Shown piece after piece: positions 55,374 to 64,000 of a DNA stretch of 64,000 bases. Every line of letters begins with the position of its first letter. Positions within the stretch are counted from its first letter, which is position 1. This DNA is from an uncultured Chlamydiae bacterium. GTDB lineage: Bacteria; Chlamydiota; Chlamydiia; Chlamydiales; JAJFMA01. Both the position numbers and the translations under genes were made by a program. The DNA lies in contig CAVQMM010000001.1 in assembly GCA_963713615.1 (NCBI GenBank), positions 2,752,001-2,816,000 of the forward strand, in the 5' to 3' direction. The notes under the pieces are model-generated. The model saw only the letters and a program-made list of their open reading frames with translations, did no database searches and was not told where the DNA came from.

Positions 55374-57356
55374 TCACCACCCAAAAAGGTTGGTAAGGAT
55401 TCGGCTAACGTCGTTGTAGGTAAGAAAGACAAAAAAGACAATTAGCAGCAATGCAAAGGGCACAATCATCTTTTCCAATGTCTTGATCTTAATACGGCGT
55501 CGGCTGATCAACTCAAACAAAGAAAAGCATACAGTTCCGCCATCCAATACAGGTATAGGCAGGAGGTTTAGGATCCCTAAGTTGAGACTTACAGCACCCA
55601 ACCAAAAGAGCCCTTCCTTGGCACTCACAGCCCAATTTTGCTGAATGACCTGCACCAATCCTATGGGTCCAGCAATCCACTTGGGGCTCAAGGTCCCAGT
55701 CGCAAAGGCTTTTAATGTTCGCCAAATCTCGCTACAGACGCCCTCAAACAAGGCGATTGGTCCTGGATTATAGACGACTGTACGGTCGTGGAAGTAAGGA
55801 GGGCCCAGGTGTAGCTGCCGTTCATCCTTATCGATCACTTCTAAGGCATAGGCTCGACGCTCAGGATCATCGATGGCTTCAAACTGCCGACGTGTATCGC
55901 GAATCTTAGCGGCGTACAGCGACTGAGCCTCTGAGGTGGTGGCAAACTCTCGGTGCGTCTTTGGCGTAATCGCATTAAGCCGATAGAGGTTGCCTATCGA
56001 TGTTGCGGTATCAGGAATCCCGATTCCTGCGATAAGATGCTGAAGCTGATCCCAATTGATTTCTTTATCAAATTCTTTGTTTGCCTGCGTCCAAAGGACC
56101 TTCTCATTGTTTTCGCCTGGTGCGCTGCGCGAAACAATCATCACAACTTTAGGCTCTTGTATATGCAGAAGAAGATCATGCGCAAACTTGATAGGCTCGC
56201 CATTGACAGCGATGATCTTATCCCCAGCCTTCAGGGGCTCCTCAACAATGGAAAAAGGATGTGCAGGAAATGCTGCCTTTTGCGCTTCGGGGTCAATATA
56301 GGGAATCATCTCTTCAACAACGGCTTCATGCGTAAGAGCATAAGGGATCATATTGAGCTTAGAAACCCGCAGCTTTTGAAGTCCTGCCTCATATTGCCAA
56401 TCAGCAAGTTCGTCCCGGAATGAAGATGAAAGCTTTAGCTCTTGAATAGCACCTCTTGGTACTCTTTTAAGCAACTTTTTACCTTGTCGATCAATCGTCA
56501 ACAACGTCTTAGGCTCATTCAGAAGATAGGAGAGCTCTGGCTGAGAAAAAATTAATTCTCCATTGGCCCAAATAACACGATCGTTCGCTTGTATACCGCT
56601 CATATTAAGAGGAGACCCACTAGCCAACATTTGTGTTAACTCATCCATAGAACTCACGGATGGGTCATAGATGAGATAGCTAGCGGAATCGAGGATGCCG
56701 GCGGTCTTTAACGTTTTGTCGGGAGACCGAGGGTGCGGATAGACATTAACTTGCACGTCAAACGGCTCTTCAGTGCCTTTGAAATAGTTGAAATGCTCAC
56801 CATGAATATGTATGGGCCCGTCCGCTGTCAGAGCTTCGTAAAGGTGGTCTTTATTGCTGGTATAAGCACGATCACCATAGGCAACGATCTCATCGCCAGG
56901 TCGCACTCCATCTTGAAATAAATCGGATTTAGGATCGACCCAACCAATTTTGGAAGAGAATTCGGAAAAACTCTTGTCTCGTCCACCAACCATCCACAAC
57001 AGGCCAAAAGCGACAAAGGCGAGAACAATGTTTGCTAAAGGACCAGCTAAAGAAACTTTTATACGGTCAATGGGTGGCCGGCCAAAAAAGCCATCCGGAA
57101 TCTGGTAGGGATCGATGGTTTCATCCTCGGCATCCTGCCCTTTGATCTTTACGTATCCGCCAAAAGGAATCCAATTCAGTCTCCATTCGGTGCCATTACG
57201 CATCCAGCGGTAAATAGGCCTGCCAAAACCAATGCCGAAGGCTTCCACAGACATGCCCACTTTGCGGGCCATGAAGTAATGTCCCAACTCGTGAATGAAG
57301 ATAAGAAAACCCAACACAAGGAGGGCGATAAATAAATACATGAGACTTCCTAACAT
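55374..57356 (-). CDS. rseP: site-2 zinc metalloprotease RseP (chlamydial long form with PDZ region)
   Basis: HELGH, PFGGYV, AGPLAN, NLLPIPVLDGG; downstream of dxr. Confidence 0.92.
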   Translation of the reverse strand: MLGSLMYLFIALLVLGFLIFIHELGHYFMARKVGMSVEAFGIGFGRPIYRWMRNGTEWRLNWIPFGGYVKIKGQDAEDETIDPYQIPDGFFGRPPIDRIKVSLAGPLANIVLAFVAFGLLWMVGGRDKSFSEFSSKIGWVDPKSDLFQDGVRPGDEIVAYGDRAYTSNKDHLYEALTADGPIHIHGEHFNYFKGTEEPFDVQVNVYPHPRSPDKTLKTAGILDSASYLIYDPSVSSMDELTQMLASGSPLNMSGIQANDRVIWANGELIFSQPELSYLLNEPKTLLTIDRQGKKLLKRVPRGAIQELKLSSSFRDELADWQYEAGLQKLRVSKLNMIPYALTHEAVVEEMIPYIDPEAQKAAFPAHPFSIVEEPLKAGDKIIAVNGEPIKFAHDLLLHIQEPKVVMIVSRSAPGENNEKVLWTQANKEFDKEINWDQLQHLIAGIGIPDTATSIGNLYRLNAITPKTHREFATTSEAQSLYAAKIRDTRRQFEAIDDPERRAYALEVIDKDERQLHLGPPYFHDRTVVYNPGPIALFEGVCSEIWRTLKAFATGTLSPKWIAGPIGLVQVIQQNWAVSAKEGLFWLGAVSLNLGILNLLPIPVLDGGTVCFSLFELISRRRIKIKTLEKMIVPFALLLIVFFVFLTYNDVSRILTNLFGW

Positions 57357-57376
57357 AATACGATTACCCTGTTATC

Positions 57377-58513
57377 CTATACATAACTAGCCTCGTGTCG
57401 CGCTGTTCCATCGACTGCGAGAATAGAATCTAAAGTAGCGCCCGCCTGCACGATATGACAGGACATCAGGTCCGCCAGTTTAGTACCGATTCCCTTCCAG
57501 CTTATCTCGCCCTTGACAAATCTCTCTACTAGAACTTCGTTGGCGGCATTCATAAAGACTGGCAGGGTACCTCCGGTATGTCCAGCTTGATAGGCTAAAG
57601 ACAGACAACGAAAACGATCGGTGTCCGGCGCGGCAAATTCAAGCTTACTGCACTTGGAAAAATTAAATGGCTCCAAAATGCCTTTACATCGATGAGGATA
57701 AGTCAAAGCATATTGTATTGGAGTGATCATATCCGGAACACTCATCTGCGCCAGCATAGACCCATCGACGAACTCAACCATGCTGTGAATAATGCTCTGA
57801 GGATGAATGACCACCTCGATTTTATCCAAGGGGATGCCATATAGCCAATGAGCTTCTAAAACTTCCAAACCCTTATTCATCAGCGTGGAGCAATCAATCG
57901 TTATCTTGGGGCCCATATCCCAGTTGGGGTGACGCAGGGCCATCTCCACTGTGATGCTCTCGAGCTGTTCGGGATTCCAATGGCGGAAGGGCCCTCCAGA
58001 GGCTGTAAGAATGAGGCGACGCACAGTAGCAGAATCCTCACCCTCGAGACATTGAAATAGGGCGCTGTGTTCACTGTCGACTGGAATAATTTTGACATTG
58101 TTTTCTCGAGCCTTAGCCATGACCAAGGCTCCGGCAGACACGAGGACCTCTTTGTTAGCGAGGGCTATCTCTTTGTGGGCCTCGATAGCTGCCAAAGTAG
58201 GAAGAATGCCCGCAGTACCGACCATCGCAGCAACGACCATATCGACATGATCGCTTGCAACGATTTCGCAAAGACCAGCCATACCCGCCAAGACTTTTAT
58301 CTTGGGCAGCCGATGTTGTAACTCTTCAGCTCGCACCTCATCCCAAACAGCGATGACCTTAGGATGAAATTCCAGTGCCTGTTCGTACAAGGCATCAATA
58401 TTGGACTTGGCTGCCAGTGCTGTTACTTGAAATTGGTCTGAGAGATGCCGGACGACCTTTAAGGCACTTTTGCCTATCGAACCGGTACTTCCTAGAATGG
58501 CGAGACGTTTCAT
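57377..58513 (-). CDS. dxr: 1-deoxy-D-xylulose 5-phosphate reductoisomerase
   Basis: LGSTGSIG, LANKE, PVDSEH, TASGGPF, HPNWDMGPKITIDCST, NKGLE. Confidence 0.97.
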   Translation of the reverse strand: MKRLAILGSTGSIGKSALKVVRHLSDQFQVTALAAKSNIDALYEQALEFHPKVIAVWDEVRAEELQHRLPKIKVLAGMAGLCEIVASDHVDMVVAAMVGTAGILPTLAAIEAHKEIALANKEVLVSAGALVMAKARENNVKIIPVDSEHSALFQCLEGEDSATVRRLILTASGGPFRHWNPEQLESITVEMALRHPNWDMGPKITIDCSTLMNKGLEVLEAHWLYGIPLDKIEVVIHPQSIIHSMVEFVDGSMLAQMSVPDMITPIQYALTYPHRCKGILEPFNFSKCSKLEFAAPDTDRFRCLSLAYQAGHTGGTLPVFMNAANEVLVERFVKGEISWKGIGTKLADLMSCHIVQAGATLDSILAVDGTARHEASYV

Positions 58514-58563
58514 AGCTACAGCATTTGTTTACAGGGATATATGCCTTATAAATGATATAAAGC

Positions 58564-58591
58564 ATTATAGCAGCCTAGAAGTGAATGTCAA
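58564..58591 (-). promoter_or_regulatory. sigma70-type promoter for dxr-rseP
   Basis: Minus strand TTGACA-16 nt-TATAAT with TG extended -10. Confidence 0.65.
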
Positions 58592-58609
58592 TAAGTACCT
58601 TGTGAGGAT

Positions 58610-59812
58610 TTATGCCACTTGCTCAGGCGGGGGGGGCAAAGAAGGCTCACGAAGCCAGCCATCTAGCTGATTTCTACGCGCATCGTTTGTTGGCGAACTG
58701 CCATACCAAAGACTTTTCTGTCCGCTTATGAAACTAGGATCATGCTTGTGTCCGCCTGGAACTTCTGTAAGATTGGCGAATTTTTGTGGCTTTTCTTCGA
58801 CCCACCCTTCAATTTTTTTCCAGTAAGCTTGTGGCGTAATCGCATCTTCCTCTGCCCTGACAAAAAGCGCTCGTCCTTTAAGACTCTGGATGCGGGATTC
58901 TGTGTCAAAAGTTGTGACGTTATTGAAGACTTTTTTGGCTACGTTTCGTAATTTTTTGGGGAACCCACGCTCCTTCAAATCATTTTCCACCGGTGTGGTC
59001 ATCTTATCAAAAGTTCGTTCCAATACAACATCTACATCTCGGACGGTTCCAAGATACCCTACAGCAGCTCCTCCTAAGGAATAGCCGATCGCCTTAGCAG
59101 AATTATTGGGATCTATACCCTTTTCGGCAGCTATATCCTGCATTTTATCATATGCGGCGACGGAATCTTCATAGATATGCTTTTCTGTAGCCTTGCCTTC
59201 ACTTTTTCCAAATCCTGAATAATTAAAAACCATGACGTTGTGGCCAAGTTTGGTAAGAGATTGTACCATTGGAACGACATAGTTTTCATTAGACTCATGA
59301 CTTCCACTGCAAATCAAAATTGTCTGATTAGTGGCCTTCCATTGAGCTTGATCCACCCCGGGGGGCGCTGTCGCCGTACTCGTAAAAAACAACCCTTCTA
59401 ATCTGCGCTCTTTCCCCTCTGAACCAGAGACGATTTCAACCTTCTCTGTGGTATACTTCAACCAATGACCCGGTGGATCAACAGCTTGGGGTGATTCAAG
59501 CCACTCACGTAGGTGTTCGTTCGTCCTTTTTACGTCTTTACCAAAACCAGAAACTGAAGCACGGGCTGTTACTGGCTGTAGGATCTTGCCAACGATACTA
59601 CTGGGGTTTCCCGGAGCCTTTATAGGCATCACGGGACCCTTAATTGCTTGATGTTCAGCTGGATTTTGATGTGCTATGTTTTGTTTAGCCACTTGGTCGA
59701 TTTCATTCTGGTGTAATTCCGCAACAGGTTCAGCTTGATGAACCTCATTATCACCACCCACCCCAACCTGTGGATTCTCGTGATGTATATCCCCTTGCAC
59801 ATCCATAAACAC
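58610..59812 (-). CDS. alpha/beta hydrolase with low-complexity N-terminal extension
   Basis: FNYSGFGKSEG, GYSLGG nucleophile elbow, distal D and H; AT-rich upstream region. Confidence 0.8.
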   Translation of the reverse strand: MFMDVQGDIHHENPQVGVGGDNEVHQAEPVAELHQNEIDQVAKQNIAHQNPAEHQAIKGPVMPIKAPGNPSSIVGKILQPVTARASVSGFGKDVKRTNEHLREWLESPQAVDPPGHWLKYTTEKVEIVSGSEGKERRLEGLFFTSTATAPPGVDQAQWKATNQTILICSGSHESNENYVVPMVQSLTKLGHNVMVFNYSGFGKSEGKATEKHIYEDSVAAYDKMQDIAAEKGIDPNNSAKAIGYSLGGAAVGYLGTVRDVDVVLERTFDKMTTPVENDLKERGFPKKLRNVAKKVFNNVTTFDTESRIQSLKGRALFVRAEEDAITPQAYWKKIEGWVEEKPQKFANLTEVPGGHKHDPSFISGQKSLWYGSSPTNDARRNQLDGWLREPSLPPPPEQVA

Positions 59813-59994
59813 ACCTCGCTAATAAATTAAGCATCTCATACAATAATTATAGTTATAAACTTATTTATTGTTCAAATAATCATTTTGCAACTACTTAATA
59901 AATGCATCTACCCGTGTATGGTTACATCTCGGCGTTCTCTGCTATGGTAAAAAAACGTCACAATCCTATAGTCTTTATGCTCAAAACCTGAACC

Positions 59995-62127
59995 GTGGAG
60001 ATGACAATGAAATATGACTGGGAGATCGAGGAAATTCGGGAAATCCATGATAGCCCCTTAATGCCGCTCATTCTACGAGCCAGCGAGGTACATGGTAAGA
60101 ATCATCCAGCGGGAGAGGTTCAGTGTTGTCAAATTTTAAACATCAAATTTGGAGGGTGCACAGAAGATTGTTCTTACTGTGCTCAGGCAGCGCGCTATCA
60201 CACAGGAGTTCAGGCAGAGCCTCTATTAGAAGTTGAGGAGGTGCGTCGCCAAGCGGAAGAATGTAAACGTCAGGGTGTAACCCGCATGTGCTTGAGTGCA
60301 GCATGGCGCGAAGTGCGTAATGGCAAAGCCTTTGATCAGATCCTCGATATGGTTCGTGTTGTCAAAAGTATGGGTTTGGAGGTTTGCTGCACCCTGGGAA
60401 TGCTCAAGGAAGAGCACGTGGAACGCTTAAAGGATGCTGGAGTCTATGCAATCAACCACAATATCGATACTTCGGAAGATTACTACTCCAAAATCATTAC
60501 CACTCGTAAATATTCCGATCGGCTACAAACGATCGCTCGCGTTCAGGCGGCTGGTATCTCCGTATGCTGTGGCGGTATCATTGGCATGGGAGAGACTCTA
60601 GAGGATAGGCTTTCCATGCTTCAAACGCTCTCCTCAATGACTCCACACCCTGACTCGGTTCCTATCAACCTACTATCACCGGTTCCAGGAACACCCCTAG
60701 GGCAACGCGCAAAGACGACGGGTTGGGAACTTCTACGAATGGTGGCGACAGCACGCATTCTGATGCCCAAGTCAATGGTGCGTCTTTCTAGCGGTCGCCT
60801 GGATTTGTCACTGGCTCAGCAAGCTCTCTGCTTTGTCGCAGGAGCGAACTCCATCCATGTGGGGCCTCGTTTATTGCTCACACCTAATCCCAGACATGAT
60901 GTGGATTGGGAGATGTTCCGCACCCTTGGTTTAACTAAACGCAGCGCATACCAGGCGGAAAATATCGCCACGAAAAAGACGGAAGTGGTTGACGTTAACA
61001 CATTCATGAACGAGGAGTTAGAAAAGCGAAAGACGCAAGGGATTCATAGAACCTTAGCCGTTACAGGTGAACTAATCGACTTCACCTCCAACGACTATCT
61101 GGGTCTGGCACGTTCTGACGAGCTTCTCCGAAATATCAACACCGAATTTCATTCGCTTGTCCTCGAAGGAGGCATTCGTCCCTATGTGGGCGCCACCGGC
61201 TCGCGGCTACTGACCGGTAATAGCACCTATGTAGAAGCTTTAGAAAAACATCTAGCGGTTATCCATGGCGCAGAGGCCGGTTTGCTCTTTAACTCCGGAT
61301 ACACGGCTAATCTTGGTCTACTATCCGCAGTCATTGGTAAGGACGATACGATTATTCTCGATACTCAAGTGCATGCCTCAACCTGGGAAGGAGCCAAAGT
61401 CTCAGGGGCGCGTCTTTTACTCTTTAGACATAACAATATGACGCATCTGGAATCTCAACTCAAAAAGGCCCAGGGACGCATTTTCGTGTGCGTGGAGTCA
61501 CTCTATTCCATGGGAGGAGACGTAGCGCCGCTGGATGCATTGTGCGATCTATGTGATCGCTATGGAGCCAATGTGATTGTTGATGAAGCACATGCTATTG
61601 GGGTGTTTGGTCCTAAAGGTCGAGGAGTGGTCAATGCACATAGCCTTGAAAAACGCGTTTTTGCACGCATCCATGCCTTTGGTAAAGCTCTAGGGACACA
61701 TGGAGCCATCGTCTTAGGCAGCAAAACATTGCGCGATTACTTGATCAACTTTTCGCGTCCTCTGATCTATTCCACCGCCTTTCCCCTGCACACTCTGGTG
61801 TCTATCCGCTGCGCCTATGACATGATGCTGTCAGCAGACGACAAACGTCAGCATCTGCAGAAACTCATTGTAGCTCTCAAGACTAAGGGTGTGGCGACCA
61901 CAGACTCTCCCATACAGCCCATCACTATCCATGGAGCTGAGCACGCAAAAAAAATGGCTGCCAGGCTAGCAGAGGTGGGCTATGACGTACGTCCTATCCT
62001 CTCACCAACGGTGCGTAAAGGGTCTGAATGCCTACGTCTCTGCTTGCATGCGTTCAATACAATGGAGGATCTCCATGGTCTTTGCGCTGCCCTATCCCAT
62101 GAAGCTGAGCTTTCGGTGACAGCATGA
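59995..62127 (+). CDS. bioB-bioF: fused biotin synthase / 8-amino-7-oxononanoate synthase
   Basis: CTEDCSYC, NHNIDTS, GGIIGMGE, SVPIN, then DFTSNDYLGL, GSRLLTGN, SGYTAN, DEAH, FGKALG, all in one ORF. Confidence 0.9.
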   Translation: MEMTMKYDWEIEEIREIHDSPLMPLILRASEVHGKNHPAGEVQCCQILNIKFGGCTEDCSYCAQAARYHTGVQAEPLLEVEEVRRQAEECKRQGVTRMCLSAAWREVRNGKAFDQILDMVRVVKSMGLEVCCTLGMLKEEHVERLKDAGVYAINHNIDTSEDYYSKIITTRKYSDRLQTIARVQAAGISVCCGGIIGMGETLEDRLSMLQTLSSMTPHPDSVPINLLSPVPGTPLGQRAKTTGWELLRMVATARILMPKSMVRLSSGRLDLSLAQQALCFVAGANSIHVGPRLLLTPNPRHDVDWEMFRTLGLTKRSAYQAENIATKKTEVVDVNTFMNEELEKRKTQGIHRTLAVTGELIDFTSNDYLGLARSDELLRNINTEFHSLVLEGGIRPYVGATGSRLLTGNSTYVEALEKHLAVIHGAEAGLLFNSGYTANLGLLSAVIGKDDTIILDTQVHASTWEGAKVSGARLLLFRHNNMTHLESQLKKAQGRIFVCVESLYSMGGDVAPLDALCDLCDRYGANVIVDEAHAIGVFGPKGRGVVNAHSLEKRVFARIHAFGKALGTHGAIVLGSKTLRDYLINFSRPLIYSTAFPLHTLVSIRCAYDMMLSADDKRQHLQKLIVALKTKGVATTDSPIQPITIHGAEHAKKMAARLAEVGYDVRPILSPTVRKGSECLRLCLHAFNTMEDLHGLCAALSHEAELSVTA

Positions 62128-62753
62128 GTGCGATTATCGTCGCAGGAATTGGCACCGATGTCGGCAAAACGGTGGTCTCGGCAATATTAGTTCAAGCCCT
62201 GGGTTGCGACTACTGGAAGCCTATCCAAACCGGAGGTGCTGATACTGATGTGATTACGAACCTGGTGTCGCGGACCGATCTAACCATTCATCCTGCCTGC
62301 TATACCCTCGAGGCATCTGTCTCACCACACCAAGCGGCTCGCATGGCGGATTGCAAGATAGATGCAACGAAGATTCAACCACCAATAACCAATCGCCCCT
62401 TGCTTATTGAAATGGCTGGGGGAGTCCTCGTCCCCTTTAATGAAGAGAGGCTTCTATTGGACCTGATGACCTCATGGACAGCGCGTTGGATAATCGTCTC
62501 TAAAAACTACCTTGGAAGCATCAACCATACCCTGTTAACAATCGAAGCCCTGCAACGTCGACAGATAGCTCCTTGGGGGATCATCTTCAATGGAGTGGAG
62601 AATCCCGATAGCGAACGCTTTATTCTAAACTATACGGGTCTGCCATGTCTGGGGCGACTCGCTCCTGAGCCAAACATCAACCCTGAAACGATTCGGAGAT
62701 ACGCCACTTTATGGCAGGACAATCTACAGCAACACACCTCCATGACCTCGTAG
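62124..62753 (+). CDS. bioD: dethiobiotin synthetase
   Basis: GIGTDVGKT, WKPIQTG, EMAGG, LGSINHTLLT. Confidence 0.95.
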   Translation: MSAIIVAGIGTDVGKTVVSAILVQALGCDYWKPIQTGGADTDVITNLVSRTDLTIHPACYTLEASVSPHQAARMADCKIDATKIQPPITNRPLLIEMAGGVLVPFNEERLLLDLMTSWTARWIIVSKNYLGSINHTLLTIEALQRRQIAPWGIIFNGVENPDSERFILNYTGLPCLGRLAPEPNINPETIRRYATLWQDNLQQHTSMTS

Positions 62754-64000
62754 CCACAGATCTACGGCATATCTGGCACCCGTTTGTTCAAGCGCAGACG
62801 GATGGCAATCCCATCCCTATTGAACGCGGGGAGGGAACGCTTCTTTTCGACATCGAGGGAACGCCTTACATCGATGCGATGAGTTCGTGGTGGGTTAACC
62901 TGCACGGACACGCACATCCTCACATCGCAGGACGCATCGCTGAGCAGGCTCATCGCTTGGAACATGCCCAATTTGCTGATTTGACGCATCAGCCTGCATG
63001 TGAATTAGCTGTAAGACTTTTGAAACACCTCCCTAGCAACCTCACGCGCGTGTTTTATTCCGACAACGGGTCCACGGCCGTCGAAGCCGCTTTGAAGATC
63101 GCCATGCAATATTGGTACAACCTAAACCCTGATAGCCCCCGCACAAAAGTGGTCTCATTTAAGCACGGGTATCATGGCGACACCGTAGGCGCTATGTCCG
63201 TATCCGAGCGAAGCCTCTTTTCCAAGCCTTTTGCACCACTCATGTTCAATACTACCTTTGTCGATCCCCCTGAACCTGGAAACGAACAAACTTCTCTGCT
63301 ACAACTTGCCAAAGCCTTGGAAGCAGATGACGTCGCCTGTTTCATCTATGAGCCTCTGCTGCAAGGCACAGGAGGCTTCCGTAGACACACTGCTGAAGGC
63401 CTTAATGCCCTTCTATCCCTGTGCAAACAAAACAATGTGATCACCATAGCCGATGAGGTTCTCACGGGATTTGGTCGTTTAGGCCCACTCTTTGTAAGTT
63501 CTACGATGGAACAGCAACCAGATATCATTTGCCTTGCCAAGGGAATGGCCGGGGGCTTTCTACCCTTGGCAGCGACGATCTGCAGCGAAAAAATCTATGA
63601 AGCCTTTCTGGCGCCAGAAAGACATAAAGCACTGCTGCATGGGCATACCTACTGCGCCAATCCCTTAGGGTGTGTCGCTGCACTGGCAAGCATGGACCTC
63701 ATCGAAAATCCCCTATGCGAAAAACAACGCGAAGGTATTCATCAGCAACATCTCGCCTTTGTAGAGGTCGCAAAAAACCATCCTAAGCTCCAACGTTGCG
63801 AAGCAATAGGAACCCTGCTTGTGTTGGAATATGCAACAAACGCATCGTATTCTTATTATGGTGAACATCGCAACAAACTAGCGAAATACTTTTTGGATAA
63901 TCGTATTCTTACCAGACCCTTTGGGAATTTGGTCCACATTCTGCCCCCCTACTGCATCACCAAGCAGGAGTTGGCCACAGTTTATGAAGTATTGCTACGC
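62711..64000 (+). CDS. bioA: adenosylmethionine-8-amino-7-oxononanoate aminotransferase, runs off window edge
   Basis: IWHPF, DAMSSWWVNLHGH, SDNGSTAVE, YHGDT, ADEVLTGFGR, LAKG, HGHTY; no stop before 64000. Confidence 0.95.
   Translation, partial: MAGQSTATHLHDLVATDLRHIWHPFVQAQTDGNPIPIERGEGTLLFDIEGTPYIDAMSSWWVNLHGHAHPHIAGRIAEQAHRLEHAQFADLTHQPACELAVRLLKHLPSNLTRVFYSDNGSTAVEAALKIAMQYWYNLNPDSPRTKVVSFKHGYHGDTVGAMSVSERSLFSKPFAPLMFNTTFVDPPEPGNEQTSLLQLAKALEADDVACFIYEPLLQGTGGFRRHTAEGLNALLSLCKQNNVITIADEVLTGFGRLGPLFVSSTMEQQPDIICLAKGMAGGFLPLAATICSEKIYEAFLAPERHKALLHGHTYCANPLGCVAALASMDLIENPLCEKQREGIHQQHLAFVEVAKNHPKLQRCEAIGTLLVLEYATNASYSYYGEHRNKLAKYFLDNRILTRPFGNLVHILPPYCITKQELATVYEVLLR

Noticed and set aside
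59880..59990. BirA operator upstream of the biotin operon
   Set aside because: Only a ggttaca half-site; no properly spaced inverted partner

Overview
This window looks like chromosome from an environmental Chlamydiota (Parachlamydiales-like) bacterium. The call rests on TLC nucleotide transporters next to pgk, the chlamydial dnaQ-(engB)-tsaE-DUF2709 and ispF-cysJ gene orders, and rseP-dxr. Housekeeping genes (pgk, pdxH, ilvE, DEAD helicase, argS, epmB-like, murA, ppdK, aspS, hisS, ABC exporter pair, dxr, biotin operon) are interleaved with AT-rich accessory genes and many intergenic palindromic repeats and MITEs. Main highlights: (1) an IS110-family element inserted into a REP-like hairpin at a CT core. 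It carries a bridge-RNA-like non-coding region whose two loops match the target and donor junctions, and its transposase needs a -1 frameshift at A_AAA_AAG. (2) A signal peptide-TPR-Ntox50 polymorphic toxin followed by a translationally coupled array of four copies of a putative immunity domain. (3) Five tandem NTT/TLC paralogs, three with altered conserved charged residues. (4) A BioB-BioF fusion. (5) An ankyrin protein with a C-terminal J-domain (HPD). (6) Nested non-autonomous elements with clean target-site duplications. No tRNA, rRNA or CRISPR array was recognised. All family assignments come from motif recognition by eye; no searches were run.
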